A DNA stretch of 63,937 bases, filler included, from Dimargaris cristalligena (lineage: Eukaryota): NCBI GenBank assembly GCA_003614675.1. It is 3 parts of 3 records of this genome, joined end to end, with 100 filler letters (N's around TTAATTAATTAA, not from the genome) between each part and the next. Parts side by side here need not be neighbours in the genome. Positions count along the whole stretch, not along the records: positions 22,056 to 43,992 come from ML002649.1; 2 more parts are not named here. One strand, 5' to 3'. A program made the translations under genes and the position numbers. This document shows positions 27,127-39,770 of this stretch, piece by piece. A model generated the notes under the pieces. It ran no database searches. It had not been told where the DNA came from and worked only from the letters and a program-made list of their open reading frames with translations. Within the stretch, counting starts at the first letter, position 1; every line of letters begins with the position of its first letter.

Positions 27127-29202
27127 ATGTCCACCCACCACCCTTCATCCCGCCCTTCCGCGAGCCTTTGTCCGCCCCAGCTCGCTGTGACCACTTCTCA
27201 CATTTCCCCACTCCCCGCCCTCTCATACTCTGGCCAGTCCACTTCCTCAACGGGCCCCTACTTTAGCGATCCCCTCCACTCCCCCGTCTCAATATCCCTT
27301 TCCCACTCCCAAAGCCAGTCCTCCTCGACTGAGAGCAAAGGCTCACCGGCCGCTCAGTCCAGCCTATTCCCCAACAAACTGAAGGCCTTTTTCCGACTCA
27401 GCGGTTGGGCCACCGCCGCCCGGGAGGACGAGCCTCCGGCTTCTTTCGGCGCGCCTTCCCCCGGGAGTCCTGCCGCCGCCTTTTCCAACCACTCCTCCCA
27501 GCCTTATTCGCCCGCCACTTCCCATGTTCCCAGCCTCTCCTTTAGTTCGGCCGCCCACAGTATGCGGTCTCCCCACTCCGCCGCCCAGCCGTTAACCCCC
27601 AGTCCTCTCAACGGTTCTTTCAGTTCGTCCCTGGCCTCCCTTCACTCCGCCAAGGCCCCCGATAGCTCGGCGCGCCTCTCTCCCCCGCCGTCCGCCCATG
27701 CTTTAGTCTTTTCGGATACTGAGCCCACCGAAGACGGTCAGAACCTCCGCCGGTGCCAGTCCGACCAGATTCTCTCCAAGTATCTGGCCACGGGCTCCTC
27801 GGCCCTGTCCAAGAAGAGTCTCGACGGGGGTACCACCGCCTCGTCATCCATGACCTTGCCGTCCCGTAGCTCCAAAGCCGCCCCTATGGCCCCCAAGGCG
27901 CTTAAGGCGGTATCCAGTACCCTACAGCCCTCCGTCCGCCGCACCTACTCGGCCATTTCCTTTCGGGTACAAAAGGCCACCGTGGGCCCCAAGTCCTTCA
28001 CTCCGCTCAAACTACTGGGTAAGGGTGACGTGGGTAAAGTATACCTCGTCCGACGGAACGACACCCAGAAATTGTACGCCATGAAAGTACTGTCCAAGCC
28101 CGAAATGATCCGTCGCAAGAAGATCAAGCGGGTACTGGCCGAACAGGAGATTCTGGCCACCGCCAACCACCCTTTCATTGTCACCCTTTACCATTCTTTC
28201 CAGAGCAAACAGCGTCTTTACTTTTGTATGGAATATTGTCTAGGGGGGGAATTCTTCCGGGTGCTCCAATCCCGCCCCGGCAAGTGCCTACCCGAGGAAC
28301 ACGCCCGGTTCTACGCCGCCGAAGTAACCTGTGCCCTGGAGTACCTTCACCTGCTAGGCTTTGTCTACCGGGATCTGAAACCCGAAAACATCCTGCTCCA
28401 TGAGAGTGGGCATATTATGCTAACGGACTTTGACTTATCCAAGCAGTCCACACCGCCTTCCGCCCCCACGGTCGTCCACACCAATGCAGGCTTCATTATC
28501 CGCCAGGATCAACCGGCTCTGGATACCCGGGCCTGTATTGCCAATCTCCGCACCAACTCATTTGTAGGAACCGAGGAGTACATCGCCCCGGAAGTCATCA
28601 AAGGCTGTGGCCACACCAGTGCCGTGGACTGGTGGACCCTGGGGATTTTCATTTATGAAATGCTGTATGGTTTCACCCCTTTTAAAGGTAGCAACCGCAA
28701 CTCCACCTTCCGCCACGTCCTCAAGAATGAAGTCGTATTCCCCATTGCTCCCCCCGCCCAGAACGTTTCCGCCAACTGCAAAACCATCATTCGCAAACTC
28801 CTTCATAAGAGCGACAAGAAGCGCCTGGGAAGTCGGGCGGGGGCCTCGGACGTCAAGGCTCATCCTTTCTTCCGCGATCTTAAGTGGGCTCTGCTCCGTC
28901 ATATGAAGCCCCCCATTATCCCTGATCGCGTGGACCTGGAACGCACACTGCGGCAGAGCGACCCCCACTACGGCAAGCCGCCACCTCCGCCGGGCACCCC
29001 GGTGACTAAATCGGCATGCCTCTCCCTCGACATTGAAAACGAGGAAGCCATCCCTGACCAGACCTCACTGGATGTTAATCGGGACTTTTTAGGGTTCAAT
29101 TCGCTTACGATTATCCACGACGACGAGGAGGAATACGAGTCTTCGGTATATTCCCAGGCGGACGATTCGGATACTATCCGATCGGTTCCTCTGGATAACT
29201 AA
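27127..29202 (+). CDS. AGC-family Ser/Thr kinase of the Nrc-2/Kin82/Fpk1 (phototropin-like) type, 691 aa, single exon
   Basis: [53 protein letters not shown], family-diagnostic DFDLSK (not DFG), [46 protein letters not shown]. Ser/Pro-rich N-terminus. Confidence 0.93.
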   Translation: MSTHHPSSRPSASLCPPQLAVTTSHISPLPALSYSGQSTSSTGPYFSDPLHSPVSISLSHSQSQSSSTESKGSPAAQSSLFPNKLKAFFRLSGWATAAREDEPPASFGAPSPGSPAAAFSNHSSQPYSPATSHVPSLSFSSAAHSMRSPHSAAQPLTPSPLNGSFSSSLASLHSAKAPDSSARLSPPPSAHALVFSDTEPTEDGQNLRRCQSDQILSKYLATGSSALSKKSLDGGTTASSSMTLPSRSSKAAPMAPKALKAVSSTLQPSVRRTYSAISFRVQKATVGPKSFTPLKLLGKGDVGKVYLVRRNDTQKLYAMKVLSKPEMIRRKKIKRVLAEQEILATANHPFIVTLYHSFQSKQRLYFCMEYCLGGEFFRVLQSRPGKCLPEEHARFYAAEVTCALEYLHLLGFVYRDLKPENILLHESGHIMLTDFDLSKQSTPPSAPTVVHTNAGFIIRQDQPALDTRACIANLRTNSFVGTEEYIAPEVIKGCGHTSAVDWWTLGIFIYEMLYGFTPFKGSNRNSTFRHVLKNEVVFPIAPPAQNVSANCKTIIRKLLHKSDKKRLGSRAGASDVKAHPFFRDLKWALLRHMKPPIIPDRVDLERTLRQSDPHYGKPPPPPGTPVTKSACLSLDIENEEAIPDQTSLDVNRDFLGFNSLTIIHDDEEEYESSVYSQADDSDTIRSVPLDN

Positions 29203-30619
29203 TCGTCTAATGGAAGGGGGTTCCCTGCCTGCATTTCGCATTCCGCATTTCTCACCCAACCACTCGTTAGAGTACCATGGGATACCGGCGTTATTAAGCA
29301 ACTTACCTGACCTTACCTATGAGTCTGCATTAGTTAGCCCATTAGGATTCCAGCTCTTCCGATACCTAATTTATACCGTTACAACACCCTTTTTTATTAT
29401 TATTATTTTATAATCACCTTTACTTAATTCTTTCCACCGCCCATGTTGAAATCCCACTTTTTTGCGCTTGTTACGATACCCTGTTTCCTATGTGCTTTTG
29501 TCAGTCAGGTGCGACTATTATTTGATCGTTCATTGATTTGGTGGGCCACTGAGTTCATTATGTTGATTCTGTTGTAAATATCCCCCATTAACCCCCTTTT
29601 GCCTTTCCTTCGATCCCATTACACGATCAATATCGGCTAATTTTATATGCTAACCCCCCCCTCCTCCCTCATTTAACTAATTAACTATTATTATTATTTT
29701 TTCCTCCAATCACTCGGCCCTAAAAATCACCAACAGTGTCTACACATGGATCATAGCTGCGCCCCATTCCCTCACCCACCTATGCTTTAATGATTTTCGG
29801 TGTGTCAATCCTCCTGCCCCCCCCCTCACTCGCAAGTGTCTCTTCTACTCGGGACATTGCGCTTCTATGTTTGCCTCTAGTTTTGTATTTTTTATGGACC
29901 ATTGCTGTGAGTTTAATTCCATCAGTTTATGTACTTTGCGCCCATTCCACACAACCCCTACTCACACACATACATACATCCATCAGACGAGCATCCCCCC
30001 ATTGTGGCCATCCACGACTTGATTTACAACCATCTTAGTATGCTTATTATTGCCATTACTATTACTACTATGCAGCAGTACTCCGGACGCCCGCCATTGC
30101 CTTGGCGATGCATTTTCATACCCGCTCGTTGGCCCCGCTGTGGATCGTTAATACTTTATTAATAAACTGTGGTTCATATTGCGCTAGACGGAATGGAAGG
30201 ACCAGTATATGTTTTTTTAGTGAGATGGCTGGAGTGTGTTCGTATGTGTGGGGATGGGGGGTGGACCATAGAATCGCCGATTAGGACCACGGAGGAGGTG
30301 GGCTTGGGAGTGTGATAATGGAACGACACGGATAGAGAATTCGTCATTGGTATGAATTGGAGGGGGGGGTGATTACGCATCCCGTGTGGGTGGAAGAAGA
30401 AACCGTTGTAGGACTGGGGAAGTGGGAGGATTTTTATTTGCTCAGTGAAGACCAAACGGGACACGGAGATTGATTTTTCTTGATATATACAAAAGGGACA
30501 GTAGTAAGGTCGGATATTAAGTTAGGGAGAGGCATGGTAGAGAGGTACACACCACTCGACTTTGAGCAGATATAGATATGTCTATGCGGGGAGGCCTTCC
30601 TTTCGAGGAATCGGACGAA

Positions 30620-31820
30620 CTACCAGTCCAGGGATTTGCCGGTCCTCACAGCGGCAGCGGCCGAGGGATCAGAAGACGAGGGGTATTCTTTGGCGGCGGT
30701 AGTAGGGGGGGAATTGGGATCGGCGGCGGGGCCAAGTTGAGGGTCCAGCTGTTGCAGACCGGCGCGACTGACGCCCAATTTGGGCAGACCGCGGTTGAGG
30801 CCTTCTAAAAGGACACAGGCCTTGCATAGCGGATTACTCGAGATGTAGCCACAGCGGGAGCAAAAGCCCTGGGTCGGCATTTTCACACCCCGGCGCACCT
30901 GGAAAGCCTCACCTGAATGGATGATATCTGGGAAGAGAAAGAGTCAGGTGGGACAAACGATATTAGTCATGGTGAATTAAAAAACCGGCAGTGAGTGGAA
31001 GGGGGTGGGAACAACGGGTAGAAGACAAAGAAGACTTGCCTATGATGGAGCTGGGACGGATGGACTCGAGGTCCTTGAGGAAGGCGCGGGCGTATCCCCG
31101 GTAGGCGTTGGGCGAGTAGATACACTCGGTGGAAAAGTAGTCGAGTTTCTTGAAGTAGGCGTACATGACAATTTCCTTCTCGTAAGTATACTTGAAGGGC
31201 TTGGAGCGCGGTACGCAGCCGTCTTCGCCGGGGGTGGCGATTTCGGTACAGCGCTGCAGACGGGCCACATCCCCCCGGAGGAGGTTCATGAGGACGGTTT
31301 CGGCGATATCGTCGGCGTTGTGGCCCGTGACGATATGGGTGGCCCCGAGCAGCATGGCGCCGCGGTCCAGGGCCTGGCGCCGGAATACGCCGCAGAAGGT
31401 GCAGTTGTTCTTGAGGCCGACTTCCCGGACAATGGCGTCCATGGTCCAGGCGTAGAGCTCCTCGTAGGAGACGATTTTCAGGGGCAGGTCATACTGGAGC
31501 TGGTTCCGCTTGACGGTCTCGAGGGAATCGTCACGGTAGCCCGTGATGCCCTCGTCGATGGAGAGGAGGAACAGGTGCAGGCCGTACTGGTAGCGCTCGT
31601 TGAGGGTCTTGAGCACATAGGCCAGGACGGTGGAGTCTTTGCCGCCTGAGGCGCCAATGGCCACCCGGTCGCCGGGCTGGAACAGGCGGTTCTTGGTGAT
31701 GGTGTGGTGGATCTCGGTTTCGAAGACCTGGTAGAAGCAGGGCCGGCAAATGGACTGGAGGGTTTTGGGGCGTTTCAGCACGGCCTTCTCCCGGTGGCAG
31801 ATCTCACAGAGACGGGCCAT
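30620..31820 (-). CDS. NCS6: Cytoplasmic tRNA 2-thiolation protein 1 (Ncs6/Ctu1), 362 aa; exons 31820-31040, 30927-30620 (GC-AG intron)
   Basis: CEIC/CRPC zinc knuckles, PP-loop [47 protein letters not shown]. Splicing restores RPSSIIDIIHSGE and adds the C-terminal [16 protein letters not shown]. Confidence 0.95.
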
Positions 31821-32532
31821 GAGGGAGGGAATACGGGACGGTGCGAGGGGTTAAAGGGGACGAAGGAATGCCGGGGCTAATGCAAAAGAGGGGTAAGAAG
31901 AAGAATTAATTAGTGGGGAGGCTAACTCTAAGCATACTCAGAGCTTCCTCTTTGGGCGGTTGGGTAGTGTTAGTAAGTAGATGGGTGCTTGGGATGGAGG
32001 AAGGGGGTTCCCCATTGCCGTAACGGCTAGGGAACGGAGGTGTGTGTGGCTCTGGTTCTGGCAGGGGGAGAAGAGAACGAACGAGGTGGGACAACGAAGG
32101 ATGGTCGCTTCTTCACAGTGTGGGTTAGTATTATTTCCTCCTCTGCCACTAGTTAGTTTTATATATTACACCGGGTTAATTATAAAGTGCTGGGACTATT
32201 GGTCAACAACTATCTTTGGGCATCATCTATATCTATATTATAGTTATGATTACTATGATTACTACTGTAATCCGTTTACCCAAGGTAATCCCAATTCATT
32301 ATTGCTTTCGCCCGTGTTGCCGTCTCCTTCTGGGAACGCTTTCTTGACCCACCCCCTCTTTCTTCCCTATTGACGAGCGGCCTACATCTCGTTGGTCATG
32401 CGAGGGGGAATATATTAAGACTTGGGGCATTTCGAAGCAGCCACCCAGCAACAACCATCTGACGCAAAAGACGACGCGGGGTGTGACCCTCTAAGTTCCT
32501 TTTAAGTACTGATGAGATGATGACGGGAGTGA

Positions 32533-32560
32533 GTAAGTAAGTATGTATGTATGTAAGTAG
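32533..32560 (+). repeat. Compound tetranucleotide microsatellite (GTAA/GTAT)
   Basis: GTAAGTAAGTATGTATGTATGTAAGTAG. Confidence 0.75.
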
Positions 32561-33018
32561 CCAAATAGGCAAGTAAGCGTATTTAAGAAAAGGGGATATA
32601 GCGTGAGGTGAGCCGCATTGGAAACGGCCAATGAGGCGGCCACTGCCAATTTACCTACCCGTGTGATCGTTCTTACCTTTTATGTTATTGTTCCCCCTTC
32701 CTCGTTTGAAACACACACACTGACTGTGCTGCACTCACTTATTATTATTACTATGTCTGAAAGGAGGGGCCGGGAAATCTTCCCCCATTGCCCCTCATAC
32801 CCTCTAACCTCCTATAAAGCAGGCCGGGGCCCCTGCCCGGAAGCCGCTCGGTGCTCGCCGTTGCACCTAACCTAACCCCCTTTCTACTTACATTCCAATT
32901 AGCCCTTCTTCTTCGTATTATTATTACTACTACTCTGCTTACCTACTTATTTGCTCACCCTCGAAGCTCCCCTCCCCTTGGCCTCTCGGTCGGCTCTGTC
33001 TGTGCCCTCAACCCCCCA

Positions 33019-34344
33019 ATGTCGCAAAAGCCGTCGTCCCCGCCTCTCCGGCCGCCCAACGCAGTCCCGTCGACCTCGACCCCCGCCGCTTTGGTACTCC
33101 GCCAGGTTCAACCGTCCCTCGCCGCCGCACCCCCCGAGGTCCTCCCCATCCGCAACCGCCTGCAGGAGCGGGCCTCCAAGGGCTACGTCTTCGACGACTG
33201 TATCCGGGAGTATAACCCCGACCAGCTGCAGCTGAAATGCGAGGGCCAGGCCAAGGGCAAGAAATACCAGGTCCACGGCGTCAACCTCTTGAACCGGGAC
33301 AACCTCGATACCACCACCGCCTCCCGTCGCCTACAGCGCCGTCGGGAGCAGCACAACCGCATCGAACGCAAGCGGCGCGACCTCATCAACCAGTATATCG
33401 CTGAATTGACCGAGTTGGTGATGCCGCCCGCTGCTAGTAGTGCCACCACCACCGCCAAACGGCTCCGGCCCGGTGTCGCCCCCCACGGGGATGAGGACGA
33501 AGACGGGGACGACGGGGAAGATGGCTTGGGGGGCTCCGGTTCCGGCTCCAAGCCCGGCCGGAGTGACGTGCTTCGCCGGACCGTCCACTACGTCCGCAGC
33601 CTGGCCGTCGAGAACGAGACCCTGAAATCCCAGCAGCTGGAGCTCAGCTCCGAGATTGAGCTGCTGCGTAAACGCCTGGAGAAATTCGAGCTGGCCCCGG
33701 GGGCTTCTTCCCCGCCTCCGCTACACCCCCGCCCCCCTCAGAAGCGCGCCCTGCTGGCCGATTCCCATCTCCCTCGCTCCCCCTTTCCCGCTCCTATACC
33801 ACCGCCCAATCTACGAGCCATCCCGGCCGCATCGTCGTCCGCCCGCCCAGCATCCCCGTTCCCTCCGGATGTGTATTGCACCCACCTTGGTCTGGATGGC
33901 CCGCCGCTCTCCTCCCCCTTTCCTCCCTTTTCATCCCCCGCTTCCGGTCGGGCGGACCCGGTCTATTACCAATCCTCACCCTTCCTTCCGCCCCCCTTCC
34001 ATTCTTCCACCTCCTCGTCCCCGCCCTTCCATGGTCCCAGCTGCCCCTTCGATCCCGAGTTACCCCCGGCATTGTCATCCGCCACCGCCCCGCCCTTGGC
34101 CAACCCCTACCGCCACCCCTGGGAAAGGGACCCACTCTATCCGCCTGGTCCTCCTCTCCATCTGGCCCGGCCCACCGAAGGCGCCGAGGTGCCCACTGGG
34201 CCCAAGTCTCGGGCCCCAGGCATTTCCGGCCTGGCCTATGCGCCGCCCCCTAGCCGGGATAACAACGACTCCCTGACTCTCATCGAGGATAATCCCAATC
34301 CCATGGATCAGCTAACCCGTTCATCCGTTTACCATCTGCAATAG
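33019..34344 (+). CDS. bHLH-Zip transcription factor, 441 aa, single exon
   Basis: RRREQHNRIERKRRDLINQYIAELTELV (basic region + helix 1), long acidic/Gly loop, RSDVLRRTVHYVRSL (helix 2), zipper ENETLKSQQLELSSEIELLRKRL, Pro-rich tail. First ATG is at 33019. Confidence 0.88.
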   Translation: MSQKPSSPPLRPPNAVPSTSTPAALVLRQVQPSLAAAPPEVLPIRNRLQERASKGYVFDDCIREYNPDQLQLKCEGQAKGKKYQVHGVNLLNRDNLDTTTASRRLQRRREQHNRIERKRRDLINQYIAELTELVMPPAASSATTTAKRLRPGVAPHGDEDEDGDDGEDGLGGSGSGSKPGRSDVLRRTVHYVRSLAVENETLKSQQLELSSEIELLRKRLEKFELAPGASSPPPLHPRPPQKRALLADSHLPRSPFPAPIPPPNLRAIPAASSSARPASPFPPDVYCTHLGLDGPPLSSPFPPFSSPASGRADPVYYQSSPFLPPPFHSSTSSSPPFHGPSCPFDPELPPALSSATAPPLANPYRHPWERDPLYPPGPPLHLARPTEGAEVPTGPKSRAPGISGLAYAPPPSRDNNDSLTLIEDNPNPMDQLTRSSVYHLQ

Positions 34345-35285
34345 AGAGTGGCCCGACTCCAATCCAGCGGGAGGGCCTTGACATACCCCCAAGTAATGGC
34401 GATAACGATGTTGGCGGCGTGGAATTAGAATCAATCTACCATGACCTTGGCCTACTCCAGAAAGGCGCCCGGGCCATTTAAACCCTCACTAACCCGGTGC
34501 TGTATTTTACTATCTCTACTTACCCTTCCTCCCTTCTTTGATGATTTGTTGAAAAGACCCCGCGATTCATGTTTACCACTGCCATGCATAACTGTCTATT
34601 TTTATATATCTCCCCCTTCTAAGCAATTAATATACATTGGTTTTCACGAACCCGAACCCAAACCCTACTCCCGTAGTAATAACGTGGGGGGAGGAGAAGG
34701 AGTCCCTCCCCCCCAGCTGGACCGGAATTGATTGGGATGATGCACACCACAACCACCTTCTATATCATCCCCTCACAGATCAAAAGGGTTTTCGGGGTCA
34801 TTCCACTGCAGGCAGGGTTTACGTTCCGGTTCCGGTTCCGGCCAGAATGCGGAGAAGGGCAATAGTATGCACCTGATTGCCTGGTCAGTAAGCAAGGCAA
34901 TGTTGCCGGGAATAGCGGAGGAGGAAGAGAAGAGGGAGGAGGAGAGATTCCAAGCCCCAACTACTATGGTCTCCCTGTGACCCCCTGGCGGTCCGTCGTT
35001 CTTAATCACAAGGAAATCGGCAAGTGTGGATAACCTAATTAACTTGCTAGTCAGCACAACAGTCCTTCGACCCAACGACTATTATTGGCCCGTCCACTCC
35101 ATCAGGCCATCATTATCATCCCCCATCCACCCAAGAAGGGCAACTGCCTCAATATGGGCCCATCATCCATACTAATCATTCATTCATTGCTGCTGTCTGG
35201 CCTGGCCATATAAAACTACCCAGCGGACGGGCCCCGTTATCGGATAGACTCGTCCTCCTTCCCTTCGTCTACTATTGCCGTACTT

Positions 35286-35310
35286 TTACTTACTTACTTA
35301 CTTACTTACT
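35286..35310 (+). repeat. (TTAC)n tetranucleotide microsatellite just upstream of the thiolase start codon
   Basis: TTACTTACTTACTTACTTACTTACT. Confidence 0.85.
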
Positions 35311-35324
35311 CACTATCTATCACC

Positions 35325-36692
35325 ATGAGCTCTCGCGGTAAGTTTCTCCCCCCTTCCTTTTAAGCCCATCTCTACCCAAGCCAAGCCTCACCCTGGTGCT
35401 AGAGAGTCCCGCCTCCCCCACACCCTGTCTAAGTCTAGACCCTCTCTCCCATTTCAACCGCCCACTTGTATCTCCCTGCAGACGTCTACATTATCGGTTC
35501 CTCCCGGACCCCGCTCGGCGGATTCAACGGCTCGCTGGCTTCGCTCTCGGCCGTCCAGCTGGGTTCCATTGCCGTCAAGGCCGCCCTGGCCAAGGCCAAC
35601 ATTGACCCCACCGAGGTGCAGGAGCTCATCTTCGGCAATGTCCTGTCCGCCAATGTGGGTCAGAACCCGGCCCGCCAGGTGGCCCTCGGCGCCGGCTGCT
35701 CCTCCGCTGTTCCCTCCACCACCGTCAACAAGGTGTGCGCCAGCGGCATGAAGGCCGTGGCCCTGGCCGCCCAGAGCATCCTGCTCGGCGATAACGACGT
35801 GGTGGTGGCGGGTGGTACCGAATCCATGACCAACGTGCCCTACTACCTGCCCAAGGCCCGCTTCGGCGCCAAATACGGCAACTTCGAGACCGTCGACGGC
35901 CTCGTGGCCGACGGTCTGACCGATGCCTACGACCACCAGGCCATGGGGATCGCCGCCGAAAAGTGCGCCTCGGACTACCAGATTACCCGGGAGATGCAGG
36001 ATGACTTCGCCATCCAGAGCTACACCCGCGCCCAGGCCGCCCAGCGCGAGGGCCTCATGGCCCCCGAGATCTGCCCCGTATCGGTCAAGCAGGGCCGGGG
36101 CAAGCCCGACCTGGTCGTCAAGGACGACGACGAAGTCTCCCGCTTCAACCCCGACAAGATGCGCCAGCTGCGCCCCGCCTTCAAACCCACCGACGGAACC
36201 GTCACCGCGGCCAATGCCTCGAGCATGAACGACGGTGCCGCCGCCCTGGTTCTGGTGTCCGGTGAGAAACTCGCCTCCATGGCCGTCAAGCCCGAGGTGG
36301 TCATTCGCCTGTTGTCCACCGCCGATGCCGCCCGCGAGCCCGTAGACTTCACCGTGGCCCCTTCGCTGGCCATCCCCAAAGCCCTCACCAAGGCCGCCCG
36401 GACCCTCGGTCTGGACGCCGACCACATCCCCGAGGACTTCATTGACTACTACGAAATCAACGAGGCCTTCTCCGTGGTGGCCTTGGCTAACGCCGAGATC
36501 CTGAAGATCAGCCAGGACAAGATCAACGTCTTCGGCGGTGCTGTTGCCATGGGCCACCCCCTGGGCTGCTCCGGTGCCCGGGTCATTGTTACTCTGATTA
36601 ATGTTCTGACCCAGAAGAACGCCAAGCGCGGCTGTGCCGGTATCTGTAACGGCGGGGGCGGTGCCTCCGCTGTGGTGCTGGAGCGCGTCTAA
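35325..36692 (+). CDS. ERG10: Acetyl-CoA C-acetyltransferase (biosynthetic thiolase), 407 aa; exons 35325-35337, 35482-36692
   Basis: RTPLGGFNGSL, GQNPARQ, catalytic NKVCASG, NDGAAA, EINEAF, GHPLGCSGAR, CNGGGGA. A 13-nt first exon ATGAGCTCTCGCG|GTAAGT splices to CAG|ACGTC giving MSSRDVYI. No presequence, so probably cytosolic. Confidence 0.93.
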
Positions 36693-37629
36693 AGGATCGC
36701 AATTTAGATTCTGCATTGATAGTTTTAAAACCCTGAATTCCCCGGCTTTGTTAATATTCTCCCTTCAGGAACTGTGGGTGAGGTTTGTCAGCTCAGCTTG
36801 GTCGGCAATGTGTGTATGTAGTCGCACGTTTCTCCTGAATGCTCTTCAACTTTCCGACCCAACCTGTTAATTGCCTCAACCTATTATTTATTGCTGATCC
36901 ACTTATTCCATACATTATTCTTATTATTTAAAAATACAGTTCAAAATTCTAGACCCTGGCCCGTGTGCTCATGACTAAGCCCCTACTTAATTAACCGCGT
37001 CTTTATATATCTATGGATTTGGCCCTACTTTCCGATGGGGTTTGAGCAGAAAGGGGTTGTTATAGTATACTGGTGTAATTAGGTTGTTAAAGTGGGCCCA
37101 ATATGGCGGGTACTATTTTAACAGTGCCGTATTCCCTGTAAGGGACGAAAATGGGACAAGCCTAGTTAGTGTGTGCCATTTTAGAGAGGTCGGCTTGGCT
37201 TGGTTTGCATAAAGTATTGCAATAATATAATCAGATTTAATAAACCCACATTACCCTACTATTTAAGTCTGTGTCCCCTTTCCTAGAAAAACCAAGACCA
37301 AAGAAAGGAACAAGCCCGGAGGACCTTACCTGGGGAAAGATGAGCAATCCGCCACTACCCCACCTTATCTGACCTATTATGTACAGCTGTGGTCGGGTAT
37401 CATCGACATGGTGTACAAAAAGGGCCGCCAGCCTGAAAAAAAAAAGGCATTGCTACTTTCTCGCCCGCTAGGCCCCTCCATTCGACGTTTGCCTCGGTCA
37501 ACTCAGCGCTTTCTTTTCCTTATTCAGCGTGTGTATATAGCATAGCATAGCAACGCCCGTAGACCTTTATTTCATATACCGGATTCCTTCTTCTCTAGTC
37601 CACCCGACCTTTTGCAATTCACAGCCACC

Positions 37630-39190
37630 ATGGCCGGCCCCGCTCCGACCCCCAAGTACTCCGTGGACGATCTCCTGGCGAAGGCCCAGGCCAACCTCGA
37701 CCAGTTCCAGCACGAGGTCGCCTACCGTTTCTGCCAAAAAGCCGTGGAGTTAGACCCCCTGCGGGCGGATGCCCTCGAGGCTTTGGCCGCCATTGAGCTC
37801 GAGCTCGGCCAGTTCGAACTCGCCCTCGGCCACTGGCAGCGGTGCGTCGAACTCCAGCCCGACCAGGGGGCCGCCAAGTACATGTACCTGGGCCAAATGA
37901 CCACCGAAATGGACTCGATTCGCTACTTCGAAAAGGGCCTGACCCTTCTGCGCCAGGAACGGGAAACCAACCCCGCCCCCGAACTGAACTCCAAAATTGC
38001 CACCGCCCTGTGCTCCATCACCGAAATCTACCTCACCGACTGCTGGTAAGTTGGTTATCCAACGGATTCGTTATTTTATTAGCCCCGCTATTCGGATTGG
38101 GAAGGGGGAAGGCGAGGCGAGGTCGACCGATACTCCCTTTAAGTCGCAGCGATAGCAACTAACCCTCTCTCTCTCTACCGGCATTAATCCTTCTTATGTT
38201 TCCTCTCTATCTATAATTCTTCCCCACCCCAGTTTCCAGCCCGAGGCCGAATCGTGCTGTGAAAAGTACTTGGAGGAGGCTGCCACGGTCGACCCTTCCA
38301 ACCCCGAGGTGTACCAACTGCTGGCTTCCGTTCGGCTCAGCCAACAGCGCAGTGATGAAGCCAAGGCGGCCCTGTTAAAGAGCATATCCATTTGGTCTGC
38401 CTTGGATATCAGTAAGTCATTCGCTTCGCTCATGTATTATACGGATCACCCCCCCCCTATGTTCCGGCCTCCTAAATATAACCGACCGAGCCCAGGAGTT
38501 TGAAGTGATTCATTATATAGAAGGGTAGCTCCTATACTAAAGGTGCTGATTTGACACTAACCTGCCGTCTGGATCAACGGTGGGCGTCCCCGTATTTGAA
38601 ATTGATGTGTCTTTGCGACGTTTATCGTGTTCCATGTTATTTAAAAAACCACTATTCCAACGATGCCTCCTTTTACCCATTCATCACACCATCTAGACGA
38701 CCCCGCGTACCCGAGCTACGACTCCCGAATAGCCACTGTGAAAATACTGCTGGAACTGAACCTATTTGACGACGCCCTCGGGATTCTGGCCCAACTGCAA
38801 CTGGAAGACGACCAAACGGTAGACCTCTGGTACCTGTTCGGATGGGCGTACTACTGTATGGCGGAAGAGGCCCAAGCCGGCGCGAAGCCAGACACCAAGA
38901 CTAAGACTGAGGCCGAGTCTGGCCAGTCCCTGCTTACGAGCTCCGCTGAGTGTCTGACCAAGGCCCTTCAGCTATACCAGGCCGTTGGGTTCGACGATGT
39001 GGGGATCCTGAACCATGCCCAGGAACTACTGGCCACCATTGGCCAGGTAATTCCGCTGGATAGTATTGTCAACAATCCGGATGGTGACGTGGAGGAGGAC
39101 GGCGGTCCGGAAGACGAAGTAGACTGGGAAGACATGAGCAGCTCAGACGAAAAACCCGAGGAGGATAGTGATATGGCATTGGATGCTTAG
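37630..39190 (+). CDS. ACL4: TPR protein, Acl4-like (assembly chaperone of Rpl4), 362 aa; exons 37630-38045, 38233-38411, 38697-39190
   Basis: TPR helices, KYMYLGQ, ALCSITEIYLTDCCFQPEAESCCEKYL, EVYQLLASVRLSQQR, YPSYDSRIATVKILLE, EDDQTVDLWYLFGWAYY, acidic C-terminus. Two GT-AG introns keep the frame. Confidence 0.85.
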
Positions 39191-39770
39191 ACCTCATTAA
39201 CTTCCCCACCGTCGCTACTACCACGGAAGCCACTTTGATCCCACTAGGTACGAGCCCCCACCCCGATCCATTCTAAAGCTCCAATTTATCGTTTTATTAC
39301 ATTTACGGTATCCAGTAATATGCATTATTTTTTTGGTATTTTCAGTTGTTTATTGAGGCCACACCTCTGAGGAATTCACAGGACTAAAGTAAAGCCTCCC
39401 CTCTCCCATTAAGGCCATTCAAACCACTATACTGATATTATACTTAGGGACTCTCTCCAAACCTCCCTCTTCCCACTTCCCGATGGTCTATAGGAATATA
39501 TATATGTATATGTATATGTTGGCGCTAGTGACTGGAAGGCTGGCTGGTCTCACGATCAAATTATATGCTTACAGTACGATAATTCCGGCCCCCTGAAACA
39601 TCGTTTATTAAATAGCATTCTTGTACAACTCGAAAGGGGAGGGGTGCATTACGTAAAAGAGGGGAGGTCAATATGGACGAAAATCCAAACTGCTCCTTGT
39701 GCATTGGCACTTCAAAAGGCCAAGCATGCGCCATGGTCGAATAAAGAATGTGTTGCAGAAGCAACATGCG

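Noticed and set aside
26374..27266. Hydrophobic 154-aa and 187-aa ORFs upstream of the kinase
   Set aside because: Non-ATG starts; the Leu/Ser/Phe/Pro composition reflects the C/T-rich leader and (CT)n repeats.
35454..36716. 420-aa antisense ORF opposite the thiolase, and similar shadow ORFs opposite CTU1, both bHLH genes, the kinase and the PPR gene
   Set aside because: Expected by-product of strong C/G third-position codon bias on the sense strand; no independent motifs.
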